NCBI RefSeq assembly: GCF_009914755.1
Contig: NC_060935.1
DNA from: the human T2T-CHM13v2.0 reference genome, Homo sapiens
DNA: 64,000 nt
Strand: one strand, 5' to 3'
Shown in pieces: positions 50,810 through 61,740 of the stretch. The notes below the pieces were generated by a model. That model did not search any database and was not told the DNA's origin. It saw nothing but the letters and a program-made list of their open reading frames with translations. The number at the start of each line of letters is the position of its first letter. Within the stretch, counting starts at the first letter, position 1. A program made the translations under genes and the position numbers.

Positions 50810-51234
50810 TTTCATGCGTGTCCGTGTGAAGAGACCACCAAACAGGCTTTGTGTGAGCAATAAAGCTTTTAATCACCTGCGTACAGGCGGGCTGAGTCTG
50901 AAAAGAGAGTCAGCGAAGGGAGATAGGGGTGGGGCCGTTTTATAGGATTTGGGTAGGTAAAGGAAAATTACAGTCAAAGGGGGGTTGTTCTCTGGCAGGC
51001 AGGAGTGGGGGTCACAAGGTGCTCAGTAGGGGAGCTTTTGAGCCAGGATGAGCCAGGAGAAGGAATTTCACAAGATAATGTCATCAATTAAGGCAGGAAC
51101 AGGCCATTTTCATTTCTTTTGTGGTGGAATGTCATCAGTTAAGGCAGGAACTGGCCATCTGGATGTGTACCATCTGGATGTGTACGTGCAAATCACGGGA
51201 TATGATGGCTTAGCTTGGGCTCAGAGGTCTGACA
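50810..51234 (-). mobile_element. Solo LTR of HERV-H, LTR7
   Basis: Reverse strand runs 'tgtcagacctctgagcccaagctaagccatc' to 'cttcacacggacacgcatgaaa'; 425 bp; perfect 5-bp TSD aatag at 50805-50809 and 51235-51239. Confidence 0.96.
50926..51122 (-). promoter_or_regulatory. LTR7 U3 promoter motifs: TATAAAA (50938-50944), GGGGTGGGG KLF/SP-type box (50926-50934), ACAAAAGA SOX-type motif (51115-51122)
   Basis: Motifs are seen directly; activity is inferred from known LTR7 biology only. Confidence 0.55.
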
Positions 51235-51239
51235 AATAG

Positions 51240-54200
51240 GGTCTAGGTTCATCAGGAATATTAAACTGTAGTTTTCTTTTAATGTGATAACCCTGGTAGG
51301 TTTCAGTATCAAAATAATACTGGCCTCTTAGATTGAGTTAGAGATGATTTCTTGCTTTTTAATTTTTTGAAATAGTTTGAGGAAGATTGGTATTAGTTCT
51401 TCTTCATATGTTTTGCAGAATTTGGCAGCAAATTTATCCAGTTCTAGGTTTTTTGTTTGTTTGTTTGTTTTTGATGGGGGAGACTTTTTATTACTGATTC
51501 AATCTTGCTACTTGATATTGGTCTGTTCAAATTTTCTATCTTTTCCTGATTAAATATTAGTACACTGTATGTTTCCAGGAATTTTTTCATTTGCTCTAGG
51601 CTTTCCAGTTTGTTAGCATATAGTTGTTCAAAATAGTCTCTGGTTATCTTTTGTATTTATGTGGTGTCAGTTGTAATGTCTCCTTTTTCATTTCTGATTT
51701 TGTTTGTTTGGGTCTTTCCTCTTCACTTCTTGGTTATTCTAGCTGGTAATTTATCTGGTGAACACAGATGCAAAAATTCTCCACAAAATACTAGGAAACA
51801 GAATCCAACAGCATGTCAACAAAGTCACATAGTATGATCAAGTCCGATTTATACCATGGATGCAAGGATGATTCAAAATATGCAAATCAATAAATATGAT
51901 ACATTATGTCGAGAGAATGAAGGACAAAAAACATGTAATTATCTCAATACATGCATAAAAAACACTTGATAAAATTCAACATTCCTTTTACAGTAAAACT
52001 CTCAGCAAGCTAGGCAGAAAAAGGAACATAACTCAAAAAAATAAAAGGCCATATATAACAAGCCCACAGCTAACATCATACTTAATGCGGAAAAGTTAAA
52101 AGTCTTTTCTCTAATAACTGAAACAAGACAAGAATGTCTACTGTCACCATGCCTATTTAGTATAGCATTGAAGTTTTAGACAGGGCAATTATGCAATAGA
52201 AAATAATAAAAGGCATCCAAATTGGAAAAGAGGAAGTCAGATTCTCCCTTTTGGCAAATAACATAATTCTATATTTAGAAAAGCCAAAATACTCTGCCAC
52301 AAAACTTTTAGAATTCATAATCAAATTCAGGAAAGTTACTGCATATAAAATCAGCATAACAAATCACTAGCATTTCCATAAATAAATAATAAAAGAGTTG
52401 AAAAAATCAAGAAGGCAATTCCATTTAAAATGGCCACAAAAAATGAATAAAATACAGGAATAAATTTAAGCAAAGAGGTGAAAGATCTCTACAAGGAAAA
52501 CCAAAATCATTGATGAAAATAATTGAAGAGCATACAAACAAATGGAAAAACATCCTAGGCTCATCAATCAGAAGATTTAATATTGTTAAAATGACCATAC
52601 CACTGAAAGCAATCTACAGATTTAATTCAATCCCTATCAAACACCAATGTAATTTTCATAGAAACAGTAAAAACAATCCCAAAATTTGTGTAGAACAATA
52701 AAAGAGACAGAATAACCAAAACAATCCTGAGCACAAAGAACAAAGCATTACACTATCTGACTTAAAAATACATTACAAAGCTCTAGTAACCAAAATAGCG
52801 TGTAATTGATATAAAAATAGACACATAGACACATGAAACAGAATAGGGAACCCCAAAATAAAGCCATATATGTACAGCCAACTGATCTTCTACAAAACTG
52901 TCAGTAATATACATTGGGGTAAGGACACCTTTTTCAATAAATTGTGCTGGGAAAACTGGTTAACCATATCCAGAAGAACAAAAATGGAGCCCCATTTCTC
53001 TTCACATACAAAAATCAATTCAAGATGGATTAAAGGCTTAAATGTAAGACCCAAAACTATAAAACTATTAGAAAAAAACATAAAGAAAACTCTTCAAGTA
53101 ATTGGTCTAGGAAAATATTTTATTACTAAGACCCCAAAAGCACAGGCAACAAAAGCAAAAATAGACAAATGAGATCATATTAAACTAAAGCGCTCCTGTA
53201 AAGCAAAAGAAACAGTAAACAGAGTGAAGTGACAGCCTCTTGAATGAGAGAAAATATTTTCAAATTACTCACCCAACAGGGGACTAATATCCTGAAAATA
53301 CAAGAAACTCAAACAACTCAACAGTAAAAAAAAATAATAATAACAATTCTATTAAAAATGAGCAAACGATCTTAATAGATATTTGTGAAAAGAAAACGAC
53401 ATATCTATGGCCAACAGGTATCTGAAAAAATGTTCAACATCACTAACCATTATAGAAATGCAAAGAAAATTTGCAGTGAGATACCATCTTACAGTAATAA
53501 GAATGGCTATTATTTAAAAATAAAACAACAAGAGATCTTGCTGAGAATGTAGAGAAAAGGGAATGTTTGGTGGGAAACTAAATTAGCTCAGTCAAAGTGG
53601 AAAGTAGTTTGGAGATTATTCAAAGAACTAAAAACAAAACTATAATTCAACCCAGCAATTCCACTATTAGGTATCTACCAAAAGAGAAAAACACATCTTT
53701 GCATCAAAATGATACCTGCACCAATACATTTATTGCAACACTATTCACAATAACAAAATCATGGAATCCACCTAGGTGAATATCAACTGATGAGTGAATA
53801 AAAAATGTGGTATATATACACTATGGAATATAATGCATCTTCAAAAAGAATAAAATCATGTCTTTTGCAGCAACATGGATGAAGCTGGAGATCATTATCC
53901 TAAGTGAAATATCTCAGAAACAGGAAATCAAATACATGTTCTCAGTTATACATGGGAACCAATCAAAGAGTACATATGGACATAAAAATAAAATAATAGA
54001 CACCAGGGACTCCAAAATGGGAGAGGTTGGGAGGTTGGTGAGGGTTGAAAAATTACCTGTTGGGTACAATGTTCAATATTTGGATGATGGGTACACTAGA
54101 AACTCAAACCTCATCACTATGCAATACACTCATGTACAATACCTGCACATGTACCCCGTGGGTCTATAATTTTATGTTATTCTAGTTTATTTTTGAGACA

Positions 54201-54627
54201 GGGTCTCACTCTGTCACCCAGTCTAGAGTGCAATGTCCCTATCTTGGCTCAACCTCCTGGACTCAAGTGATCCTCCTGCCTCAGCCTTCTAAGCAACTGG
54301 GGCCACAGGTGCACTCCACAATGCCTGGCAATTTTTTTGTATCTTTCGTAGAGATGGGGTTTCACTATGTTGCCCAGGCTGGTGTCAAACTCCTGAGCTC
54401 AAGCAATCCGACTTGAAATGAATGCATCTTCAAACAAGGAGTATTTTTTAAAGTAATCATAATACCAAGAGATTATAAAGATTAAATTTTTAAAAAAGAT
54501 TTAAAAGGAGCTTAGTAAGTTAAATTATGAGCACATTTGGGAGCGTTGACCTCCCAAAGTCTGAGATCACAGGTGTGAGCCACCACATTGGCCATGGATC
54601 CATAATTTAGAAAAATAAAAAAAAAAT
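51240..54627 (+). mobile_element. L1PB4-like element with 5' inversion (minus 51240-51755; plus 51755-54170; tail at 54594-54627)
   Basis: ORF2 peptide remnants (52870-53172 '[23 protein letters not shown]'), L1PB4-type 3'UTR 'gggttgaaaaattacctgttgggtacaatgttca'; strand switch near 51755. Confidence 0.9.
54170..54593 (-). mobile_element. AluJ inserted into the L1 tail, carrying an internal non-Alu insertion (54410-54545)
   Basis: J-type 'gttgcccaggctggtgtcaaactcctgagctcaagcaatcc'; decayed TSD gtgggtctataattt / atggatccataattt. Confidence 0.88.
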
Positions 54628-55009
54628 ACACAGACACATGGATGTACTGTTTTTCTCAGCGGAAAAAAAAAAATGCATTCCTATGGACTGATGGAAGCCT
54701 TTAGATGTTGAGAAAAAAACATTGAAGATCTCAAGATAACCCTCACCCATGACACTCTAACTCTGCAATTAAAATTCACCCTATAGCATTTTTCTTTTTT
54801 TCAAGTAGTTATTCACCTTCTTTGTCCTCAAATTCTTAAAAAAATAAGTATGAGAAAGCACAATTTTTCCACAAGAGAGTGAATGGCAGGATAGATGAGA
54901 AGCGATGTAATGAAATGCGGCTTCAAACAAGGAGTATTTTTAAAGTAATCATAATACCAAGAGATTATAAAGATTACATTTCAAAAATAGATTTAAAAGG
55001 AACTTAGTT

Positions 55010-55300
<291 letters not shown>

Positions 55301-55689
55301 AAGGAACTTAGTTAATTATGAGCACAAAATTCTGAAGAGCATACATTATGAAATTAAACTCACCTGAAATTCATTACTTTCTTGAGTCCTCAAATGTCAT
55401 CTTCCTAAAGACAGGGTTTGTTTCTTATTAGATCTATGTAAATAACGTGGTATGTAGGCAGAGAGAAACTAAAACTGCCTTTTCATTTCTGGCTGCTGAT
55501 GAGTTACCGCTGTGCTTGCATGACATTTACAAGCCACGTTAGTGAGGTCACCCTCACTATACTAGATTCTCTTTTATACATTATTGCCCTGGATAATTGT
55601 GTTGGAAATTGCCATCAAATGCCTTTTCTGCTATGACACTAAATAATTTGACATTATTAAAACAATGCTGGTGCCAAGCAACATGCATC

Positions 55690-56110
55690 AGAGTGTAGAT
55701 TTTGGAGTATGACAGACTGTATTCGCATACTGTTTTTTTGCTATTTTACTCCTTGGTATGTAAGACTTTGGAGAATTTACCTAAAACTGATGCCTTATCT
55801 ATGAAATGCAGGTGACAATACAAACACATTGCACATAATAGAACAGGATGTATATGTTACATTTCTAACACAGTTTCTGGCAGGTAGCTCGGCTAGTGGT
55901 TAGGAGCAGACTCGGAGCTATGATACCTGGATTGTAATCTCAGTTCTGCCAGTTACTAGCTGTATGCAAAAGAAAACAGATACAATTTCTGCTTTAGATT
56001 TCTCATTTGTAAAGTAAGGAGGACAGTGTGACTTTTTTATGGTCATTATGAAGATTGCATGAGTAAATGTGTGTAAAATGCTTAGAACAGACAAATATTG
56101 ATTAATTAAT
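55690..56110 (+). mobile_element. Two adjacent MIR elements
   Basis: 'gtggttaggagcagactcggagc...gttctgccagttactagctgt...tttctcatttgtaaagt' plus an upstream degenerate copy. Confidence 0.7.
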
Positions 56111-56189
56111 AAAAATTGTTTAGAAATTTAGTGACATATTTGGAGAGCCAAAAACAATTAAGAAGAAAGATTTAATTCTGTCGATTCAT

Positions 56190-56397
56190 AATACAAAAAT
56201 CATATATTAATATATGTTATATATTAATACATGCGAATTTATATAATTAGTATACATTCATATATATTCAATCTATATATACTCAGATATATATAGTATA
56301 TGAGTATATATGAGTATATGTATATGAATATATATACGAATTCACAGTCAGAATATAGATATACATACACACATATATTTATGTGTATGACACTGTG

Positions 56398-56444
<47 letters not shown>
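56190..56444. repeat. AT-rich low complexity ending in a (TG)n microsatellite (about 56406-56442)
   Basis: Directly visible. Confidence 0.92.
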
Positions 56445-56446
<2 letters not shown>

Positions 56447-56664
56447 CAGAGGTAAAGAGTTGAAAATGAAGAAGACATATGCAACCACAGTCATTATGCA
56501 AATATTTTTAGGTATATTCCAGAACTAGGAATATAGGCCTTTAATTTACTTTTTCTGTTAACTACGTTCAGCTAGGGTACTGTCCATTTTATCTTATACA
56601 TCCTTAACATTTTTATGCAATGAAAATTGTAATATAAAGTCTGTCAAAATAGCACTCAATAGCC

Positions 56665-56900
56665 TTTTTTATTTTTTAATTGACAAATAAAATTATATGT
56701 TTTTATCAAGAAAAACATGATATTTTGAAGTATATGTACATTATGGAATGACTAAATCTAGCTAACTAACATATACATTACCACACATAGTTATCATTTT
56801 TGAGGTAACAACACATAAAAATTCACTCCCTTAGCATTTTTCAAAGATATAACATATTGTTAACTACAGTCAGAGAGAAGGAATATGTTCAAGAGATGTA
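56665..56900 (-). mobile_element. Short L1MA (L1MA8-like) 3' end with ~28-bp inverted 5' piece
   Basis: Reverse 3' end 'ttaattgacaaataaaatt...taactacagtca', then plus-strand 'gaaggaatatgttcaagagat'. Confidence 0.75.
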
Positions 56901-57641
56901 CACTAAATAATATTGAACATTAAAGCAATAAAGAACACAGAATTTGCGTCTTAAATAAAGACAGGTAGTTAAAAATGTAACAGTGAAAATTAAATATATT
57001 TAGTGCTTCATATGCTCTCACAGGTTACCATCTGTAGAGTTCTTTCCATGTGCCAGGTTCAGGATGCACACAATATCACTTAGTCTTCAAAATGACTGCA
57101 TGAGGTTGGTCTAATAGCATTGTTCTTTTACAAGCAGGGAACTAGGGGCTCAGAGCATATCTCCTCTAGACTGTTGGACTGTATTTTGCTATTATTTTTA
57201 GAGTTTTCACCACTCTCTCCCTTCGATTTTTTAATGTTCTGACCTATTTGCCAGAATGTGACTCCAAGTCATAGATACATCTAGACTATATCTTTCTGGT
57301 TTGGTTTGACACTACTATTTACATTGTTCCACAGTTGCATCTGCCAATAGAATGGGCAATTAGGTGACATTAACCTTGAGGCCCTTTATTTTTAGTTCAA
57401 AATAGTTCAATATACTCCACATAGATTGTCTTCCATATGAAGGCAGATGTGGTATATAGTTTTTCTTCTTGTCAGTGTTACCATGATACATATGTATGTT
57501 CATACATACCTAACATTTTCCAATGTAACATATATATATATATATATATGTTGAAGCATATATATTTAGGTTGGTGCAAAAGTAATTGTGGTTTCAGACT
57601 GTAAATTTCAAATCATTATAGCTGATTCAAACACATCTTTA

Positions 57642-58942
57642 TTAATCAAAATAGGAACAATTACAATCAGCACATTTTTGCCAATGAGATATTAGTTTGT
57701 TTATTCCTGTAGCGTAAAAATCCATGTTTCCGGATTCGACAAACTCTTGGAAAGCATTTTTCATTATCCTGCTGGTTGTGGAAGTATTTTCCCTATAAAA
57801 AGTTGTTGAGAGGCTTGGAGAAGTGGTAGTTGGTTGGTGAGTGGTCAGGTGAATATAGCTGATGAGGCAAAACTTCATAGCCCAATTCCTTCAACTTTTT
57901 AATTTTTATTTTATTTTACTTTAAGTTCTGGGATGCATGTGCAGAATGTGCAGGTTCCTAACACAGGTATTCATGTGCCATGGTGGTTTGCTGCACCTAT
58001 CAACCTGTTCTCTAGGTTTTAAGCCCCGCATACATGAGGTATTTGTTCTAGTGCTCTCCCTCCCCTTGCCTCCCACTCCCAACAGGCCCGGGTGTGTGTT
58101 GTTCCCCTCCTTGTGTCCATGTGTTGTCATTTTTCAACTCCCACTTATGAGTGAGAACATGCAGTGTTTGATTTTCTGTTCCTTTGTTAGCATTGGTTGT
58201 GTAACATGTAGTCGGGCGTGGTCATGGAAAAGAATCGGGCCCTTTCTTTTGACCAATGCTGGCTGCAGGCATTTCAGTTTTTGGTGCATCTCTTCAATTT
58301 GCTGAGCATACTTCTCAGATGTAATGGTTTCACTGGGATTCAAAAAAGCTGTAGTGGATCAGACTGGCAGCAGACCACCAAACAGTGAGCATGACCTCTT
58401 TTTTGGTGCAAGCTTGGCTTTGAGAAGTGTTTTGGAGCTTCTTCTCAATCCAACCACTGAGCTGGGTGTTGCCAGTTGTTGTATAAAATCTTTTCATCGC
58501 ACTTCACAATCCAATCGAGAAATTTTTTGTTGTTATTGCGTAGAATAGGAGAAGATGACACTTCAAAATGACAATTTTTTTTTTTCACTCAGCTCATGAG
58601 GCATCCACTTACTGAGCTTTTTCACTTTTCCAACTTGCTTCAAATGCCAAATGACCACAGGATGGTCAACGTTGAGTTCTTCAGCAAATTCTCATGTAGT
58701 TGTAAGGGGATCCGCTGCTATGATTGCTCTTAATTGGTTGTTGTCAACTTCTGATGGCTGGCCACTACACTCCTCATCTTCAAGGCTGTTGTCTCCTTTG
58801 CAAAACCTCTTGAGCCAACAGTGCACTGCATGTTCATTAGAAGTTCCTGGGCCAAATGCATTGTTGATGTTGCAAGTTGTTTCTGCTGCTTTTCGAATAA
58901 GAAAATTGCTCAAATTTGCTTTTTGCCTAACATCACTTCCAT
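57642..58942 (-). pseudogene. Disrupted Hsmar1 transposase (SETMAR MAR-domain family)
   Basis: Peptides 'RKAAETTCNINNAFGPGT...QLRAIIAADPLTTT', 'NPSETITSEKYAQQIEEMH...KGPILFHDHAR', 'DFYATGINKLISHWQKC.DCNCSYFD'; frameshifts, stops and an L1 insertion. Confidence 0.93.
57900..58190 (-). mobile_element. 5'-truncated L1PA (L1PA7/8-like) inside Hsmar1
   Basis: 'ttttactttaagttctgggatgcatgtgcagaatgtgcagg...cccacttatgagtgagaacatgcagtgtttg'. Confidence 0.92.
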
Positions 58943-59735
58943 AGTCTAAAATAAACATAAAATAAACAGCAAGTAATAAGTCATTAGCAAAAAGTCATAA
59001 AGCAAGAAATGCCCATTAAAATATGATATAACATAACCACATTTATTTAAGAGTATATTCCAATATCAAACAGCAAAATTCAACAGTACAAAAAGCTGCA
59101 ATTACATTTGCACCAACCTAATATGTATATAAAATACTTACACATCTATGATATACACAAAAGTCTTTAAGGAAGTGTTGATATATCTACACTTCTATAT
59201 CTCTCTATCATGATCATCTATCTATTTATATCTGTATACATCTATGATATAAAGTTTTCTCCCTATATTATTTAAAGAGAAAAATTGGGAATTAAGCATA
59301 TGGGTGTCTAGAATCCTGTGAGGCTAAGTACCTGGTATTTCTAGACTTTGATCTGTAAGTGCTTACTCAAAGGGATGTACTGCTGAACTTGCTCAAGTTG
59401 CTTAGCTTAACACTGTGAGGTTAAGAAATATGCCTGATGTCTCACAACTAGTAGAACAATAGATGTAAACTAAGCTCTGGCAGCATAAAAATGAGTCATT
59501 TTTCTACTTTTCTGCATTTTCAAACAAAAGAGACATAAACCATTTATCCCTAATAGTTCTCAACCTAGTGTTTCACTATCTAAAACATGTAAAGCTATCC
59601 CCTCTCAGAACATGCAGGGCTTTTTATATTGTATGAATTCTTTAAAAATAGAAATATATTTCTAGACTCTAAAACTTTCTCTTTTTCCAGTCCCTGGTTT
59701 CTTTCAACTTTTTCTCAACAAATATTTATCATCAC

Positions 59736-60696
59736 TGTCTCAGTTCATTTTATGTTGCTATGAGAGGATACTTGAAGCTGTGTAACTTATAAAGAAACAA
59801 GGCTTATTTGGCTCATGATTCTGGTAGCTGAAAAGTCCAAGATTGGGCAGTTCCGTCTGGTGGGGGCCTCACGTTGCTTCTAGTCATGGTGAAAAGCAGA
59901 AAGGAAGCAGAGTTGTGCTAAGAGATGACATGGAGAAAGAGAAAGCAAGCGAGATAGAACTAAGAAAACCATACATTTTTTAACAACACACTCTGAAGAG
60001 AACTAATCCATTCCCAGGAAACAAAGAACTTATTCCATAGAAGAACATTAATCTATCAATAATTTTTTCCCACAATCAAAACACTTTCTTTTTTTTTTTG
60101 CATAAGAATATCAATGTATTTATTTTCCTACAGGTAATTTTTCTGTGGCTTCAACATTTTCTCTTCAAAATTAAAAGAAAAACATCCCAAAGTTTAGAAC
60201 TGGATCACTTGTCCCTTTCTCTTCTTATCTCCTCCCAGTTTAAAATGCTTGTATCTCTTAATGGTCAGCATCCTCCTGAATCTGCAGTTAGATTCAACAC
60301 ATTCCAGCCTTAGCACAATCTTCTTTGTGGTCTTAGCCTTCTTCTGGAAAATTGGCTTTGTCTGCCTACCATAGCCACTCTGCTTCTGATCATAGCGCCT
60401 CTTTCCCTGGGCATACAAGGAATCCTTGCCCTTCTTATACTGCGTCACTTTGTGAGGTTGATGCTTGCCACATTTCTTACAGAAGGTTATTCGGGTTTTA
60501 GGTACATTGACCACCTTTGCATCAGAGCTGTTCTGTCTATATGATGAAAATGAGAAAAGGCATCTGAGACCCTCGCCTCACGCAGCTCTTGCCTAACAGG
60601 AAAAGGTCAAATGCTTTCTACTAGGCTCCACCTCCTGAATGCTGTCACATTGGAGATCAAATTTCAACGTAAGTTTCTGTAGGAACAAACATAGCA
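59736..60696 (-). mobile_element. MaLR LTR (MSTB/MSTC-like), split by the retrocopy
   Basis: 'tgtctcagttcattttatgttgcta...tttggctcatgattctgg' to 'aaacatagca'; TSD atcac/attac. Confidence 0.85.
60089..60606 (-). pseudogene. Processed pseudogene of ribosomal protein L36a-like (eL42; parent most likely RPL36AL); 106-codon frame at 60194-60514 with ATG changed to GTG
   Basis: Intronless MVNVPKTR...GQVIQF; 5' pyrimidine (TOP) start 'ccttttcctgttaggc'; AATAAA (plus-strand tttatt 60119-60124); poly(A) at 60089-60099; TSD aaacactttct / aaatgctttct; 10 amino-acid changes versus eL42. Confidence 0.95.
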
Positions 60697-60729
60697 ATTA
60701 CTTCCTATGGATATTTCAGTGTGTCAAGT

Positions 60730-61170
60730 AGTAACGATAAAGCAGTCAGTAAGATATACACTGCCCAAACTGCATAGATTTCATGGACTAAATAAAAGGA
60801 TAGTATTTTTTAAATTTTACATTTCAATTATGAGCAGTGTTACAAAGGGAAAAATGCCATGTTAAATCAAAGGGTAATATTGGAGACTCACCAAATATGT
60901 ATAGTAGCCGTACCCAGGGAATCATTCTTTGAAGTAAAATTTCAGCTTAACTTTGAAGAATGAATAAAAATGTATTAGGTAAAAAGAGAAGAAAAAGGTA
61001 GGCAGAACAATGCTTCTGAAAGCCTTGCATCAGGAAAGATCATTTGTTCTCTGGAATCACCTGTAGTTGAGAAACTATGGAAAAGTGTTGGACATTGATT
61101 AGATTTTAGCTACTTAAGTAAAAGACTACTCTTGACTCTTGCTAAGGTTTTGGTTTTTATAGCACATTCA
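60730..61170 (-). mobile_element. L2 fragment
   Basis: 'cagggaatcattctttgaagtaaaatttcagct...tgaagaatgaataa', 'agccttgcatcaggaaaga'. Confidence 0.5.
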
Positions 61171-61394
61171 TAGTACATCCGTATCTAGGCATCCCAAAGT
61201 TTTAAACTCTCTTTATCTAAACTAACACCATCCTTCTCTTTCTATTTTTTTTCATTTATCATGCATTCTCCATTTCTACTAAATTCTCCAAATCATTTTC
61301 TAACCTTTTTTTGAACATTATGCCTATTTTCTGTAGATTTTATTTCCATTGATAATTTAGTGCATTCCTTTGTTACCCCAATCTGTTCTATTAT

Positions 61395-61740
61395 TGGTTT
61401 GTTTAATAGCCTCTGTTTTCAGACCAGTTTTGGGTTCATAGTAAAACTGAACGGAAAGTACACAGAGTTTCCATTTATCTTCTGCCCCTACACACTCACA
61501 ACCTCTTCTACTATCAACATGCCTCAGCACTGTGGTAGTAATACATATTTTGGCATTGATGAATCAATATTAACACATCATTATCACCCAAAGTTTATGG
61601 TTTATATTAGAGTTCATTCTTAGTGTTATGTATTCCATGGGTTTCCGCAAATATGTAATGATGTAACATGTATCCATCATTATAGTATCATAGAGAATAG
61701 TTTCATTGCCCTAAAAAGACTTTGTGCTCTGCCCACCCAC
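61395..61740 (-). mobile_element. L1MC-type 3' end
   Basis: 'cagttttgggttcatagtaaaactgaacggaaagtacacagagtttcca', 'acacatcattatcacccaaagt'. Confidence 0.85.

Larger units (their letters stand above)
57566..59121 (-). mobile_element. Full-length Hsmar1 mariner transposon with both TIRs, interrupted by an L1PA
   Basis: TIRs 'ttaggttggtgcaaaagtaattgtggttt' and 'aaagctgcaattacatttgcaccaacctaa' followed by TA; inserted in TA-rich DNA. Confidence 0.96.

Noticed and set aside
52157-54169. ORFs with reverse-transcriptase-element-like peptides
   Set aside because: Stop- and frameshift-riddled L1 ORF2 remnants; not an active element or a novel RT system.
55357-55370. Perfect minus-strand donor CAG|GTGAGT (and TAG|GTGAGT near 26230)
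   Set aside because: No convincing paired acceptor or ORF; isolated consensus donors are expected by chance in 64 kb.
60194-60514. Functional RPL36A/RPL36AL gene
   Set aside because: Lost ATG, 10 substitutions in a nearly invariant protein, poly(A) tail and TSD, and no CpG-island promoter; treated as a processed pseudogene.
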